64,000 nt of DNA, from positions 1 through 64,000 of IMG/VR virus record IMGVR_UViG_3300012663_001722; one strand, 5' to 3'. Positions 32,969 through 42,858 of the stretch are shown in pieces. Positions within the stretch are counted from its first letter, which is position 1; every line of letters begins with the position of its first letter. A model generated the notes under the pieces. The model saw nothing but the letters and a program-made list of their open reading frames with translations. It ran no database searches and was not told the origin of the DNA. The translations under genes and the position numbers were made by a program. Source of the stretch: a virus (Duplodnaviria > Caudoviricetes).

Positions 32969-34630
32969 TTATGCTTCACATGTTTGGCAACTAACAATAC
33001 TGCGGGCAAGATTTTGCGCAGGATTTGTACCGCGTTGATAATAGAGACTCTTAATGCCATTTTCCCATGCAAAGATTTGCAGATCGCTGACATCCTTTGG
33101 TTTTGTATCAGTACTAATCATAAGATTTAAACTCTGACCTTGATCAATATAAGGCTGACGTTGTGCAGCTTGTATGACAACATCCTTTTGCGAGATCTCA
33201 GCAAACGTCTTAAAGACTGCACGAGTTTCATCGCTAAGTAATTCAGTGAGATGTTGTACACTACCACCGTGTATTAGAATATCTTTCCAGACTGAAGCTT
33301 TGTCTGCACCTTTGTCGGCCAGTACTTTTTTCAGATATGGATTCTTATATGTGAATTTACCTTTTGCAAGATCCTTAACAAAATAGTTACTATTTAGTGG
33401 TTCAATGCTTGGCGATACCTGACCTAGAATAGCACTGCTTGAAACAGTTGGCGCAATAGCAAGTGTTGTTGCATTACGACGACCATAGCCTTTCAATAAT
33501 TCTGGCTCACCAAAAATTTGAGCAAGTTGGCCAGTAGCAGAATCAGTTCTTTCACGAATCGTTTTCCAGATTTCAACGTTGCGAGCTTGAGCTTCAATAG
33601 TTTCAAATGCAATGGCATTCTTTTGTAGATAGCTATGCCAGCCAAGTACACCAACACCAAGTGCTCGCTGATTCATTGCAAATTTACGAGGAGCGCTCAT
33701 GTGTGGAATGTCTGCAGTCTTGTCAATAAACTCGCTCATGACTGCATCCAAGAAATAGACGAGGGTTTCAATCGCATCAGTATCTTTAATCTCTTCCCAA
33801 TTTTCAAGATTGAGACTGCTAAGATTGCATACAAAGCTTTCGTCAGGACTGCTGCTTAACATAATCTCACTACAAAGATTGCTTGCATGAATTGTCAAGC
33901 CCTTATCTTTATAGACCTGAGGTGCGGCATCATTAACATTATCAGTAAAGAACAAATAAGGATAGCCACTTTCAAAACGCTTTTTAATAATCTTGCCCCA
34001 TAGAGCACGTTTAGTTTTATCTCCATTAAGCATGCTTTGCATCCATTCATTACTAATGCATGCACCAATGCTCATGTTTTGAATAGCATGGCCATCACTG
34101 CGAATCTTTAAAAATTCTTCAAAGTCTGGATGATCAACTGGCAGATATGCTGCAAAACTGCCACGACGCACACTGCCTTGACTTACTACATTCATAAGAG
34201 TCTCATAGAGCTCCATAAAATGAACTGCTCCAGTGCTTGTGCCTTCACTATTAATTGCACTGCCGCGGCCGCGAAGAGCTCCAAAATATGCACTTGTGCC
34301 ACCGCCGTATTTTGTCATCATTGCAACCTCAGCAATCTTTGACCCAGCAATTTCACTTAGTGTGTCATCAATATAACTACCAAAGCAACTAATTGGCAAG
34401 CCTCGATCTCGACCGAAATTTGCCCAAATAGGACTACTCAAACTATAAAAGCCTCTATGCAAATAGCCTAAAAACTTATTTGCGAATCCATCAATTTTTA
34501 AAATGTGTTCAGCACTAGCGGCAATTGCTGTCATTCGTTCTTCTGCACTCTCACCCTCAAGTAAATAGCCTCTGCTCAAAAATTTGCGGCTATCTTCATT
34601 CAACCAATATATTTCCATAGTATCATTCAT
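32969..34630 (-). CDS. nrdA: Class I ribonucleotide reductase alpha subunit (short, no ATP cone)
   Basis: ISCFG, SNLCSEI, VCNLSSLN, LAIAPT, KSLYYQR. Confidence 0.95.
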   Translation of the reverse strand: MNDTMEIYWLNEDSRKFLSRGYLLEGESAEERMTAIAASAEHILKIDGFANKFLGYLHRGFYSLSSPIWANFGRDRGLPISCFGSYIDDTLSEIAGSKIAEVAMMTKYGGGTSAYFGALRGRGSAINSEGTSTGAVHFMELYETLMNVVSQGSVRRGSFAAYLPVDHPDFEEFLKIRSDGHAIQNMSIGACISNEWMQSMLNGDKTKRALWGKIIKKRFESGYPYLFFTDNVNDAAPQVYKDKGLTIHASNLCSEIMLSSSPDESFVCNLSSLNLENWEEIKDTDAIETLVYFLDAVMSEFIDKTADIPHMSAPRKFAMNQRALGVGVLGWHSYLQKNAIAFETIEAQARNVEIWKTIRERTDSATGQLAQIFGEPELLKGYGRRNATTLAIAPTVSSSAILGQVSPSIEPLNSNYFVKDLAKGKFTYKNPYLKKVLADKGADKASVWKDILIHGGSVQHLTELLSDETRAVFKTFAEISQKDVVIQAAQRQPYIDQGQSLNLMISTDTKPKDVSDLQIFAWENGIKSLYYQRGTNPAQNLARSIVSCQTCEA

Positions 34631-34642
34631 TAATATTATATA

Positions 34643-35641
34643 TCAAAACAAATCATCTTCATCAAAGCTCTGGTTTTTCTTGCTATAGCCAGTATCTTTT
34701 GTATGAAAGAAGTCTGTCATATTATTTCCAAAGAGCTCTTCATCAAACCATGTTGTGGCTTCTAGCAGTTCAGTATTAATATCTTCAAATGGTGCTTTGA
34801 AACCAATTTGAATCATGCTATTGTTAATACGATTTTTAATAAACTCTTTGAGCAGTGGTGCACTCAGTGCTGGCTCTTGTATGCCATTGATCATCCAATC
34901 AACAATCTTGCTCTCTGCTTTAAATGCTTCATGCGCTTCATGTGCGATACGCTCTTCAAGCTCTGCATCAAATAGATCTGGCAACTCTTCACGAATCGTA
35001 TTAATAATTTTCATGCCAACGAGAGCATGAATGTTTTCTTCATTGCGTGTATATTTGACCTGTTGATCTGTATCAAATAGCACATTGCGATAGCGTGCAA
35101 ACCAGTTAATGACATAGAACTGACTAAAGAGACTTACGTTCTCAACAAAGAGTGTAAACAAGATAAGAGCATAGAGATATTGTTTGCGACTATCTTTATA
35201 AAATTTGTGGGTATATTTACGAAGATATTTTACTCTTCCTTGAATCCAATCAAGTTTTAGATTCTCTTCAAATACATCCTCCATATCAAGGACCTTTAAC
35301 AATCTCTCATAGGCATTATTATGAATTACTTCAATATTTGCCATAACATAGCCAAGATCTTGCAAACCAGGATGTGGTAGATTCTCACCGAGTTTAGCCC
35401 AAAAAGTCTTGACTGCAACTTCGATTTGACCAACTGCACTTAATGTTCGTATTATAATTTGTCGTTCCTGTTCTGTCAAGACTGTCTTAAATTGGTGTAG
35501 ATCTGCATTAAAACTAAATTCCTTATCTGTCCAAAATCCATTATGCATGCTCTCAATAAACTGTTCTGTCCATGGATAGCGATTAGGTTTTCGACTAATT
35601 TGTTCATCAAATATCGTAGTAGGTGCTTGTTCTATTTTCAT
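34643..35641 (-). CDS. nrdB: Ribonucleotide reductase beta subunit, class Id-like
   Basis: QIEVAVK, EVIHNNAY, ENVSLF, NEENIH. Confidence 0.92.
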   Translation of the reverse strand: MKIEQAPTTIFDEQISRKPNRYPWTEQFIESMHNGFWTDKEFSFNADLHQFKTVLTEQERQIIIRTLSAVGQIEVAVKTFWAKLGENLPHPGLQDLGYVMANIEVIHNNAYERLLKVLDMEDVFEENLKLDWIQGRVKYLRKYTHKFYKDSRKQYLYALILFTLFVENVSLFSQFYVINWFARYRNVLFDTDQQVKYTRNEENIHALVGMKIINTIREELPDLFDAELEERIAHEAHEAFKAESKIVDWMINGIQEPALSAPLLKEFIKNRINNSMIQIGFKAPFEDINTELLEATTWFDEELFGNNMTDFFHTKDTGYSKKNQSFDEDDLF

Positions 35642-35645
35642 TTAA

Positions 35646-35680
35646 TATAGTATAAATTATTTTTGTGAAATTGTAAACCT
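35646..35680 (-). promoter_or_regulatory. sigma70-like promoter for nrdB-nrdA
   Basis: GTTTACA..TATACT, 7 nt to ATG. Confidence 0.6.
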
Positions 35681-36006
35681 TATTTTGAAACTTTTCTTCG
35701 AATCATTTTTAATTCTCCGGTTTTGGAGTTACGCAATAATATCGTTTTATTAGGATTTTTCGTTGCATATTCATGAATAGCCTTTTGTTGTTCACTGCTG
35801 CAATCAAGTTCTCCTAGCCATTCTTCAGTTGTGGCTTTTCTCTTATTCTCAAAACGTCGCCATACTCTTGGCACAAGATTAAACATTTTATATTTCTTTC
35901 GATCCATGCCAAGTGGAATTGGATTGTCTGCTATTGCATCAGCTGACATACTTGGAGCATTATTGCCTGCCTCCCCTCCTGAAATTTCATCTTCTTTTAT
36001 TTTCAT
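35680..36006 (-). CDS. Hypothetical protein
   Basis: 108 aa; YATKNP..ILLRNSKTG motif. Confidence 0.7.
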   Translation of the reverse strand: MKIKEDEISGGEAGNNAPSMSADAIADNPIPLGMDRKKYKMFNLVPRVWRRFENKRKATTEEWLGELDCSSEQQKAIHEYATKNPNKTILLRNSKTGELKMIRRKVSK

Positions 36007-36037
36007 CTAGACTATCTATAAAGATTCGCGATTCAAC

Positions 36038-36412
36038 CTACATCTCTTTTAGTCTCTTAGCAACTAAAAGATCGCTTGGTATATCATGAAAATCATCATA
36101 GTTAATATAGTTATAATACATAAGAAATGTTTTTAGCGCTGGCCACTGAGTCTCCTTAAGCTTATAAAAACACATGTTTGTTGCCGCTTCATAGCGAAAC
36201 ACATTAAAGATGCAAATTAGATGATTGCTAATAAGACGCTCATGCAATTCACCTTTATCAGTATATTGTGTAAATAACTTTTTGAGATATTTAAATCGGT
36301 CAAGATCCTCATTAAACTCATTAATGTTTAGAATACGAGGATTGTTATAATTTTGTGCAGCATATAGCACAAAATTTTCACCGCTTATTGAATTATGATC
36401 GATTCTATTCAC
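36038..36412 (-). CDS. Conserved T4-like hypothetical protein
   Basis: NFVLYAAQNYNNP..EF.EDL.RFKYLK.L..HERLI.NH. Confidence 0.8.
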   Translation of the reverse strand: MNRIDHNSISGENFVLYAAQNYNNPRILNINEFNEDLDRFKYLKKLFTQYTDKGELHERLISNHLICIFNVFRYEAATNMCFYKLKETQWPALKTFLMYYNYINYDDFHDIPSDLLVAKRLKEM

Positions 36413-36674
36413 AGATTTTTATCTTAAGATCGCTGCTGCCAATCCTATATATTCTGTGGTATTCCATTTTTGGAATATGGAGTTTATCACCGATGCGTAA
36501 TTCAAAAGGCAATTGATTATCGCACTGTAGCATCCAGCCAACTCCTTCGAGTATTTCAATTTCACGTGATTCATGATCTCGGTGCCATACCATTTCATCA
36601 TCGTTAACATCATGCTTAAATAAGCGTTCATATGATTCATCATTTGTTTTTTTATCAATATATGGTTTATTCAT
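36405..36674 (-). CDS. Cupin-like hypothetical protein
   Basis: EMVWHRD..GW.LQ.DN.LP..IPKMEYHR; start refined. Confidence 0.7.
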   Translation of the reverse strand: MNKPYIDKKTNDESYERLFKHDVNDDEMVWHRDHESREIEILEGVGWMLQCDNQLPFELRIGDKLHIPKMEYHRIYRIGSSDLKIKICE

Positions 36675-36675
36675 A

Positions 36676-37212
36676 TTACCAGAAAAATGATCCTCCACCC
36701 TTAAGACCTAATTCTTTTGCATAATAAGGCAATCGACATGCCCAATAACCAGGCTTTGTTTTATCTTTCTTTGTTGAACATTTATGTCTTGCCGCAAAAC
36801 TAGCTCGAGCCTCTGGATCATTTATTTTTGCATTCAGACCAGTTGTATCACCAAACTCTACCTTAATTACATTACCTTTATCATTCTTAACAAAGACATA
36901 AAACTTTTTGCTGCCGCCTCGTTTAGGCTTATTAAGTTCAGGTTGAGTTTCTTCTATTAAAGGATGATCAAGCGGAACGATCTCTCCTTCATAGAGAGCA
37001 GATTCACCAATGTCACTTTCAAGTATCATCTTTTCAAAGCTAGTTGGTGCTAGTTCATCTATGCGAGTCTTAGCATATCTAAATAGTTCATAATAGCTTT
37101 CACTATGTGGCCTAAAAATATTTTCAGCAATAGGTATATTATTCTCAATATGAAAATCAAAGGCCTTTTCAATATCAACACGTTCACTTAAAATATTTGC
37201 TAATTTTTTCAT
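36676..37212 (-). CDS. Conserved T4-like hypothetical protein
   Basis: LNKPKRGGSKKFYV..FGD..ARASFAARHKC..KPGYWAC; start refined. Confidence 0.75.
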   Translation of the reverse strand: MKKLANILSERVDIEKAFDFHIENNIPIAENIFRPHSESYYELFRYAKTRIDELAPTSFEKMILESDIGESALYEGEIVPLDHPLIEETQPELNKPKRGGSKKFYVFVKNDKGNVIKVEFGDTTGLNAKINDPEARASFAARHKCSTKKDKTKPGYWACRLPYYAKELGLKGGGSFFW

Positions 37213-37354
37213 TTTTTGGTTTACAAACTTTCTAGTATATGTATAATAGGTGCTTAGCACCTCCCGCTGAATTTATGAAGCGGGTAATAATATTTAAATG
37301 TTCTTATAATTTATCTATATTTGTTAATAAAACATTAAGATCTTAGTAATCATA

Positions 37355-38629
37355 TTAAAGTATGCTATTCCAATTTAAGGAGCCATGAACATTGCCGCCG
37401 CCAGTGCTTAAGTGGCGGACTCCTAATGTAAATGTATCAGAAGCACCACCGATCGTTCTGCCTAATTGATGTTCAAATGCATATTGTAAATTTTCATTAA
37501 TTATTTCACGAGATCGATTGCTACTTTCAAATAGTCCACTTTCTTCAACAATCCCGCCTGTCATTGAAGTTGCAGTTATGTTATATTCTAACACTGATCC
37601 ACTACCAGTATGTGTTGTCCAACTTCCTCCAGTAATATCGGCGTTTCGTATAAGAGCATATTCATAAATGATTCCATTTCCAGTGCCAAGAATATGAACT
37701 TGTGAAGGTAAAACAATAGCATCAGTATATCCACTTTTCAAACGAAGTGATACAACTGGAGCATATCCGCCGCTTGCGACTGAAGTACTTGCAATAGCTG
37801 TTGTTCTTGTTGCAGCCCACTGTTTCGTAATAGGTTCATAACCGCCTTCAGATATTACAGTAGAACAAATTTGCTTCATTGTAGTTGAGCCGCTTGTAGC
37901 TGCTAAGTTTTCAATTTCATAGCGAATAGGCAAGCAAGCTGTTGACATATATGTCGTTGTTCGGGCGTTATCATTGTGGAATGTATGAGCTACAATTAAG
38001 TGGCCATCTACAACAAATCCGCAGCGAACATCGCCTACACCCAACCATTCAATATCCATCCAAAATATTTGAGCTTTAGTAAAATCAATTGTTCGGCCAC
38101 TATAACCTGTACCGTCAAACTTATCACCATTCCATTCGCTACGTGACGCAGTTAGCGTAGTATTAAGGCTACGACTGCGAATCTTTAATGAAACGGTTTC
38201 ACCATCAGCTTCAAGAAATATACCATCATCATTTCCAAAATAGCCAATGCGTTGGCGAACATTTGCCTTAAGAGTTCCTAAACAAAAACTAGCAAGAATT
38301 AGCAAACTTTTTCCAGGCTGATACGACATTACTCGACGTGTTTCGCGAACAACTTTGCTGCCTGACTCATTCGTTACAGCTAGCGCCATTACGTTTTCAG
38401 TTGCCACGTGAGTAGCAGTTCCATTTGTTGTGGTTAGCGTGTCCCACTTGCCATTATCGCCATAACGATATTGACTATCAAACAATGTGAATGGTGCACT
38501 TGTTCGTAGTCGACCAAATGCGTCAGTTAACGATCCGCCCGGTGTTAACTGATCGGCCAACATATGAACTTCATATCTCGCTCCGGCGTTCGTTAATTTC
38601 TTAGATTCTGATAAGTATTGAGTAGGCAT
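37355..38629 (-). CDS. Putative virion structural protein
   Basis: 424 aa beta-rich; DAFGRLR.S.P.TLFD..YQPGKS..EWLGVG pattern; late-gene region. Confidence 0.6.
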   Translation of the reverse strand: MPTQYLSESKKLTNAGARYEVHMLADQLTPGGSLTDAFGRLRTSAPFTLFDSQYRYGDNGKWDTLTTTNGTATHVATENVMALAVTNESGSKVVRETRRVMSYQPGKSLLILASFCLGTLKANVRQRIGYFGNDDGIFLEADGETVSLKIRSRSLNTTLTASRSEWNGDKFDGTGYSGRTIDFTKAQIFWMDIEWLGVGDVRCGFVVDGHLIVAHTFHNDNARTTTYMSTACLPIRYEIENLAATSGSTTMKQICSTVISEGGYEPITKQWAATRTTAIASTSVASGGYAPVVSLRLKSGYTDAIVLPSQVHILGTGNGIIYEYALIRNADITGGSWTTHTGSGSVLEYNITATSMTGGIVEESGLFESSNRSREIINENLQYAFEHQLGRTIGGASDTFTLGVRHLSTGGGNVHGSLNWNSIL

Positions 38630-38647
38630 ATTTTATTTAGAGTTATT

Positions 38648-39376
38648 TTAAATGCATTTGCGAATTATATCGGCTTCTTCGTCACGTCGACGTAACAAAC
38701 CATCAAGACCTTTACCAACCCATAATCTTTTCATTGCAATTATTTGATCTGCAATATATTTATAAAGTTCTTTGTTAATTGGTTTAGTTGCAATAGCGTC
38801 TTTTATATTTTTCATTTCAACTCGAGATGCACCCTTTGTGCTGCCACCTCGATTAAAGACAATTGATACAAGAGCTCCAAAGGCATCAGGATGTAGCTTA
38901 TCAGCTCCAGGAAAACTCGTCTTGGTTAGTTTAATAAAACGAGGCAATGTTCTCTCATTAAATACTTCCTGAGCGCTGCTCCATGGAATGTTAATATCCT
39001 TTAGACCTGAGATTTTTCCACTAGCAGCTTTGCTCTTTAGACCAATACAACCATGCAAACGAGCAAAAACCTTTGCATCAAGTTTGTTTTTCCAGTCACG
39101 AGCAAATCCTTCTGCTGTATTATAGCCTAGATCATAGCCAATGCCGATTGTAACACCGCTCTGGCCGCCTGGATAGGTTGGTCTTTGCAATGCTTTTTTA
39201 TAATAGCTTTCTCCACCTGTCTCATGTTTAATTATGAGATCATATGATTTCTTAGTTAAGCCATGTGTTTTATCAAGTCTTTTTTCAAGTATCTCGGGAG
39301 ATACACTAGTTGGGGTTTCAATAATCTTTTTAGTAAAGATCTTGCCAATTGTGTTTAATATTAATTGTTTAATCAT
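38648..39376 (-). CDS. Lysozyme-like (pesticin/T4-lysozyme fold) peptidoglycan hydrolase
   Basis: HETGG..YPGGQSGVTIGIGYDLG..ALVSIVFNRG..LLRRRDEEA. Confidence 0.8.
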   Translation of the reverse strand: MIKQLILNTIGKIFTKKIIETPTSVSPEILEKRLDKTHGLTKKSYDLIIKHETGGESYYKKALQRPTYPGGQSGVTIGIGYDLGYNTAEGFARDWKNKLDAKVFARLHGCIGLKSKAASGKISGLKDINIPWSSAQEVFNERTLPRFIKLTKTSFPGADKLHPDAFGALVSIVFNRGGSTKGASRVEMKNIKDAIATKPINKELYKYIADQIIAMKRLWVGKGLDGLLRRRDEEADIIRKCI

Positions 39377-39780
39377 AATCCTCTGTTTGTATTTTGCACA
39401 GCACTTAGTGCGTTTCTATTATTAATTACACGACGTAAGATTTCCTGAGTTACGTCAGATATTTTTTGTAGCATCGGCTTTTGTACACCACCTGTCGAAC
39501 CATTCTCAAGGCTATTCATCGCTTTTATGAAAGCAGCAATTTGATTTGCCGGCACACCGAGAGTTGGTAAAATTTTTGATAGCTTAAATTTATCACTAGC
39601 TAGATCTTCACTAACTCGTTGGCTAAATGATAGAGCTAGCAAGCCCTTTACGAATTTTGCGGCAGCGGTTGCATCTGTTTTTGACAGATATTCTCCGTTT
39701 GCCGCAAGATCTAGTAGCTGCAGCGCCTGATCAGCAGATATGCCAAGTGCGACGCTTAAGCGATCAATTGATTCAGTTAC
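39373..39780 (-). CDS. Start-less ORF continuing 39777..41324 in the -1 frame
   Basis: Open from the A9 run (VTESIDRLSVALG...GLLALSFSQRV...) with no ATG. Confidence 0.55.
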   Translation of the reverse strand, partial: VTESIDRLSVALGISADQALQLLDLAANGEYLSKTDATAAAKFVKGLLALSFSQRVSEDLASDKFKLSKILPTLGVPANQIAAFIKAMNSLENGSTGGVQKPMLQKISDVTQEILRRVINNRNALSAVQNTNRGL

Positions 39781-41324
39781 TTTTTTTTTAACTCGATCGA
39801 TTCCTTTAATCCGCCTGCTGCTTTATATGCAGTATAATCAGCTACGCTCTTTTTAATATATTCCTTTGCGTTGCCTTTAATTACAACACTATATGGAGCT
39901 TTTTGATAATCAGTTTGAGTCAACAGCGTTTTACTCTCAGGATGCACATACATGCTAATCACTTTGCGATCAGTTGGATTCCAATGCTTCGCAAAATCGG
40001 TATCTTTTACTGATTTAAAACCAGCATTAACAAGATCTGGGTGCAGTGCTTGGTTCTTTGCAGAACCTGATGCAACTGAATTATCTTCTACCATAGCTTT
40101 AATATAGTTAGAAACATCTTTGATATTAGCAAATGTTTTGTGTTGTTTGGCATCTGCTACGAAATAACTATCACCATCTAATTCACTTGTTACACCAATT
40201 ACTGTATCAGCATATTTGCCAGCACGCATCTGTATAGCGTAAAGACCTAGCAGCTTACCATCTTTGTTATACTTTTTGAAAAATGGGTGATCTTTTGGTA
40301 CAACAGTAAAGTCATGTTTTTTCAAGAGTTCGATAAATGCAAGAGCATGAGGTGTTTTATCGGCTTCAGCTAAAATTTGGCCTAGTGATTTACTAACGCT
40401 TTCATTTTTATTTTTATCAAAAAGATTTGTCAGTGCAGCAACAAAGCCCTTTATGTCTTTATAACGTCCAACGTTGTCAAGACGTTTTGATTTTGCATCA
40501 GTATCATGAATAAAGAAACTAGCTTTTTCACCAATCATAAACATGCCAATTAGAATGTTTTTGTGTTTTTTGCTGGTATAGAGATGCAGCAGATCTTTAG
40601 CTTTATCAACTTTTGATACTGCATCAAATAATTTAGTTCCTGCTTTTACACGATTAAATTGATGTTTAGCAATCATTTTAATTACGCTCTTTGGCATAAC
40701 ATAATCTTTTAATCCCGCCTCTTCCGGCTCAGCAATTTGTTTTGCTTCGTTTAATTCATATTGACCCTTTTTGAGTGTAAGATTAATTACATCTCCCTTT
40801 TTATCGCTCTTTTTATATTGGACATTGATGCGACCATCTGGAAACTTGTGGAAGATATCAACCTTTTTGCCATTCAATCTAGATCCGATGAAAGTGACAG
40901 TTGCAGTGCCCATTGAATGTGATCCAGCTGCTTCATCCATACGTTTACCAAAGGTGCTATGAACAAGATCATCGAGCTTTTTGTGAAACTCTGTTTCATC
41001 ATCTTTGCTGATGCCAGGATCTTCTTCTCCATCAGAAGCTTCTAATTGCTCCTCTTCCTCTTCGTCATCTTTGCATGTATCGCAACAAGCATCAAAACCA
41101 TATGCTTCAAGAGCACAATCGCATGCTGATTTAATGTGCTCACGAGTTGAACTAATGCATTCCATCATGCTTTCATCCATTTCAGAGTCAACGTCTTGTA
41201 GACCTTCAATTAGATTATTGCACATTGTGATGATCTCATCAAGACATGCAAAGGCATCTTCACATGTGTTTTCTACATCTTCTTTTAACTGTGTTGGTTT
41301 TAATATTGCTGCTAAGCTTTTCAT
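39777..41324 (-). CDS. Large late/virion-associated hypothetical protein
   Basis: Acidic N-terminal segment, FHKKLDDLVH.TFG motif; ends at A_AAA_AAG TAA. Confidence 0.65.
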   Translation of the reverse strand: MKSLAAILKPTQLKEDVENTCEDAFACLDEIITMCNNLIEGLQDVDSEMDESMMECISSTREHIKSACDCALEAYGFDACCDTCKDDEEEEEQLEASDGEEDPGISKDDETEFHKKLDDLVHSTFGKRMDEAAGSHSMGTATVTFIGSRLNGKKVDIFHKFPDGRINVQYKKSDKKGDVINLTLKKGQYELNEAKQIAEPEEAGLKDYVMPKSVIKMIAKHQFNRVKAGTKLFDAVSKVDKAKDLLHLYTSKKHKNILIGMFMIGEKASFFIHDTDAKSKRLDNVGRYKDIKGFVAALTNLFDKNKNESVSKSLGQILAEADKTPHALAFIELLKKHDFTVVPKDHPFFKKYNKDGKLLGLYAIQMRAGKYADTVIGVTSELDGDSYFVADAKQHKTFANIKDVSNYIKAMVEDNSVASGSAKNQALHPDLVNAGFKSVKDTDFAKHWNPTDRKVISMYVHPESKTLLTQTDYQKAPYSVVIKGNAKEYIKKSVADYTAYKAAGGLKESIELKKK

Positions 41325-41343
41325 AGTTCTATTTATTGTTTTG

Positions 41344-42855
41344 TTATTTTCCAAATTCATGACCTGCGACTCTACGCATTTCTGCACTAAATTGCTCAAA
41401 ACTTGGTTTTGTTTTGAAATATTTGATTGTAAGATTATCCTTTTCTTTGCCTTTAATTCTCCAAAGATAGCCTGCAGCTTTGCGCTCAGGATCTGTTGTT
41501 TTTACGACACGTCTCTCATAGCCAGCTTCCCAAGTTTCCTCAGTCAGTGATGACTCAGTCATTGCTTTATGCTTTTTCCAAAGATCAGCATCAGCTGTTG
41601 TTCTTGTTTTACCTCCAGTAATAAAGCTATTTACTCGAGCATAACCCCATTGTTGTTGATTTGCACCTGGTCGATGACCAGTTTTCCATGCAGCAAGACC
41701 ACGATTATAAACTTGTTTTAATATACTAAAACTAATACCACTAGCATCAGATTTCTTTTTTAATGCAGAGTCAGCATCCTCTTCAAGATCCGAAAACTTA
41801 TCATGATATGCCTTTGTGTATTTGCTAGTTTTAGTTTGCTTTGAATCTCCAGGTGCAGGCTTATATGCATCTGGATCATCGTCACTCATTTTCGTTTGTT
41901 TAGCGAACTGAGCTTTTCTTTTTTGTGCAGTTGATTTACTTAATCCAGTATAATATTTTTCAGATTCAACAAAACGTTTTGCGTCATCTAATGTTTGACC
42001 CGGAGTATCGCGCTTATAAATGTTTGCTGCGCGAGTTGTGCCATATTCAAGAACCTTTGATTCATCAAGATCTATCTGATTTAAGAAGAACTTTTTAATT
42101 TCTCCGCTTGGACTCTTTGCGCTAACAAAATTACTATGACGTTCAACAATCACATAGCTTTGGGATTTTGCTACAATCTTATCACCTACATTAAAAATAT
42201 TTCCAGAGATATAAGCTTCACGAACATCATCAATTTCTTTGTTTTGTTCTTTAACATTCAAACCATCTCTTACTGCACTATATAATGCACTTGCATCTTT
42301 AAAGCCCTTTGGCATGCCAAGCATAAACAAATCAAAATCACCAGCAATTGCTGCAGCTTTTAGTTTGCTGCTGCTCATGCCGTCGACGCCCTCACTATCA
42401 GGATCTCTTTCACCAGCACTCTTTACTTCAATAGTTTTAAAATCATAGTGACCATGTGCACCGGTTTTTCCATTATAGTCAGTTAGTAGTTTTTTGAAAT
42501 CGGCAATGCGATCTCCACCAACAACAAATACAAATCGATTATAGCCTTCGTCATAAGCAGAGGCCGCAATTTGCAATGCATTTTTTATATTTTTATTTGA
42601 GACAAAATGACGAGCAAACTCTGGAAACATTTTTCTCAAAAACTTAATCTTGCTATCATAGTCAAGAGGATTCTTTTTCTTATCCTGACTTTGACTACTA
42701 TAGATTAAATAGTCTGCATTATCAGAGTCAGCTAAACTCTTAAGTCTTTTAAATAGTTTTTCGTGACCAATTGTTGGAGGATTAAAACGACCGAAGGTTG
42801 CATAGATTGCTCTATTTCCTGCAGCTTCATTTTTATATTCTTTGAAACTCTTCAT
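41344..42855 (-). CDS. T4-like cytidyltransferase-like (HIGH-class nucleotidyltransferase) multidomain protein
   Basis: TFGRFNPPTIGHEKL, VVGGDR, SAGERDPD, MSSSKL; C-terminal PGDSK and WKTGHRPGA..QWG.ARVNSF modules. Confidence 0.8.
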   Translation of the reverse strand: MKSFKEYKNEAAGNRAIYATFGRFNPPTIGHEKLFKRLKSLADSDNADYLIYSSQSQDKKKNPLDYDSKIKFLRKMFPEFARHFVSNKNIKNALQIAASAYDEGYNRFVFVVGGDRIADFKKLLTDYNGKTGAHGHYDFKTIEVKSAGERDPDSEGVDGMSSSKLKAAAIAGDFDLFMLGMPKGFKDASALYSAVRDGLNVKEQNKEIDDVREAYISGNIFNVGDKIVAKSQSYVIVERHSNFVSAKSPSGEIKKFFLNQIDLDESKVLEYGTTRAANIYKRDTPGQTLDDAKRFVESEKYYTGLSKSTAQKRKAQFAKQTKMSDDDPDAYKPAPGDSKQTKTSKYTKAYHDKFSDLEEDADSALKKKSDASGISFSILKQVYNRGLAAWKTGHRPGANQQQWGYARVNSFITGGKTRTTADADLWKKHKAMTESSLTEETWEAGYERRVVKTTDPERKAAGYLWRIKGKEKDNLTIKYFKTKPSFEQFSAEMRRVAGHEFGK

Positions 42856-42858
42856 ATG

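Noticed and set aside
21388-38764. TATAAATA matches at 21388-21395 and 38757-38764
   Set aside because: One overlaps a stop codon in an early-type cluster and the other is inside a gene; chance matches are plausible, so not listed as promoters
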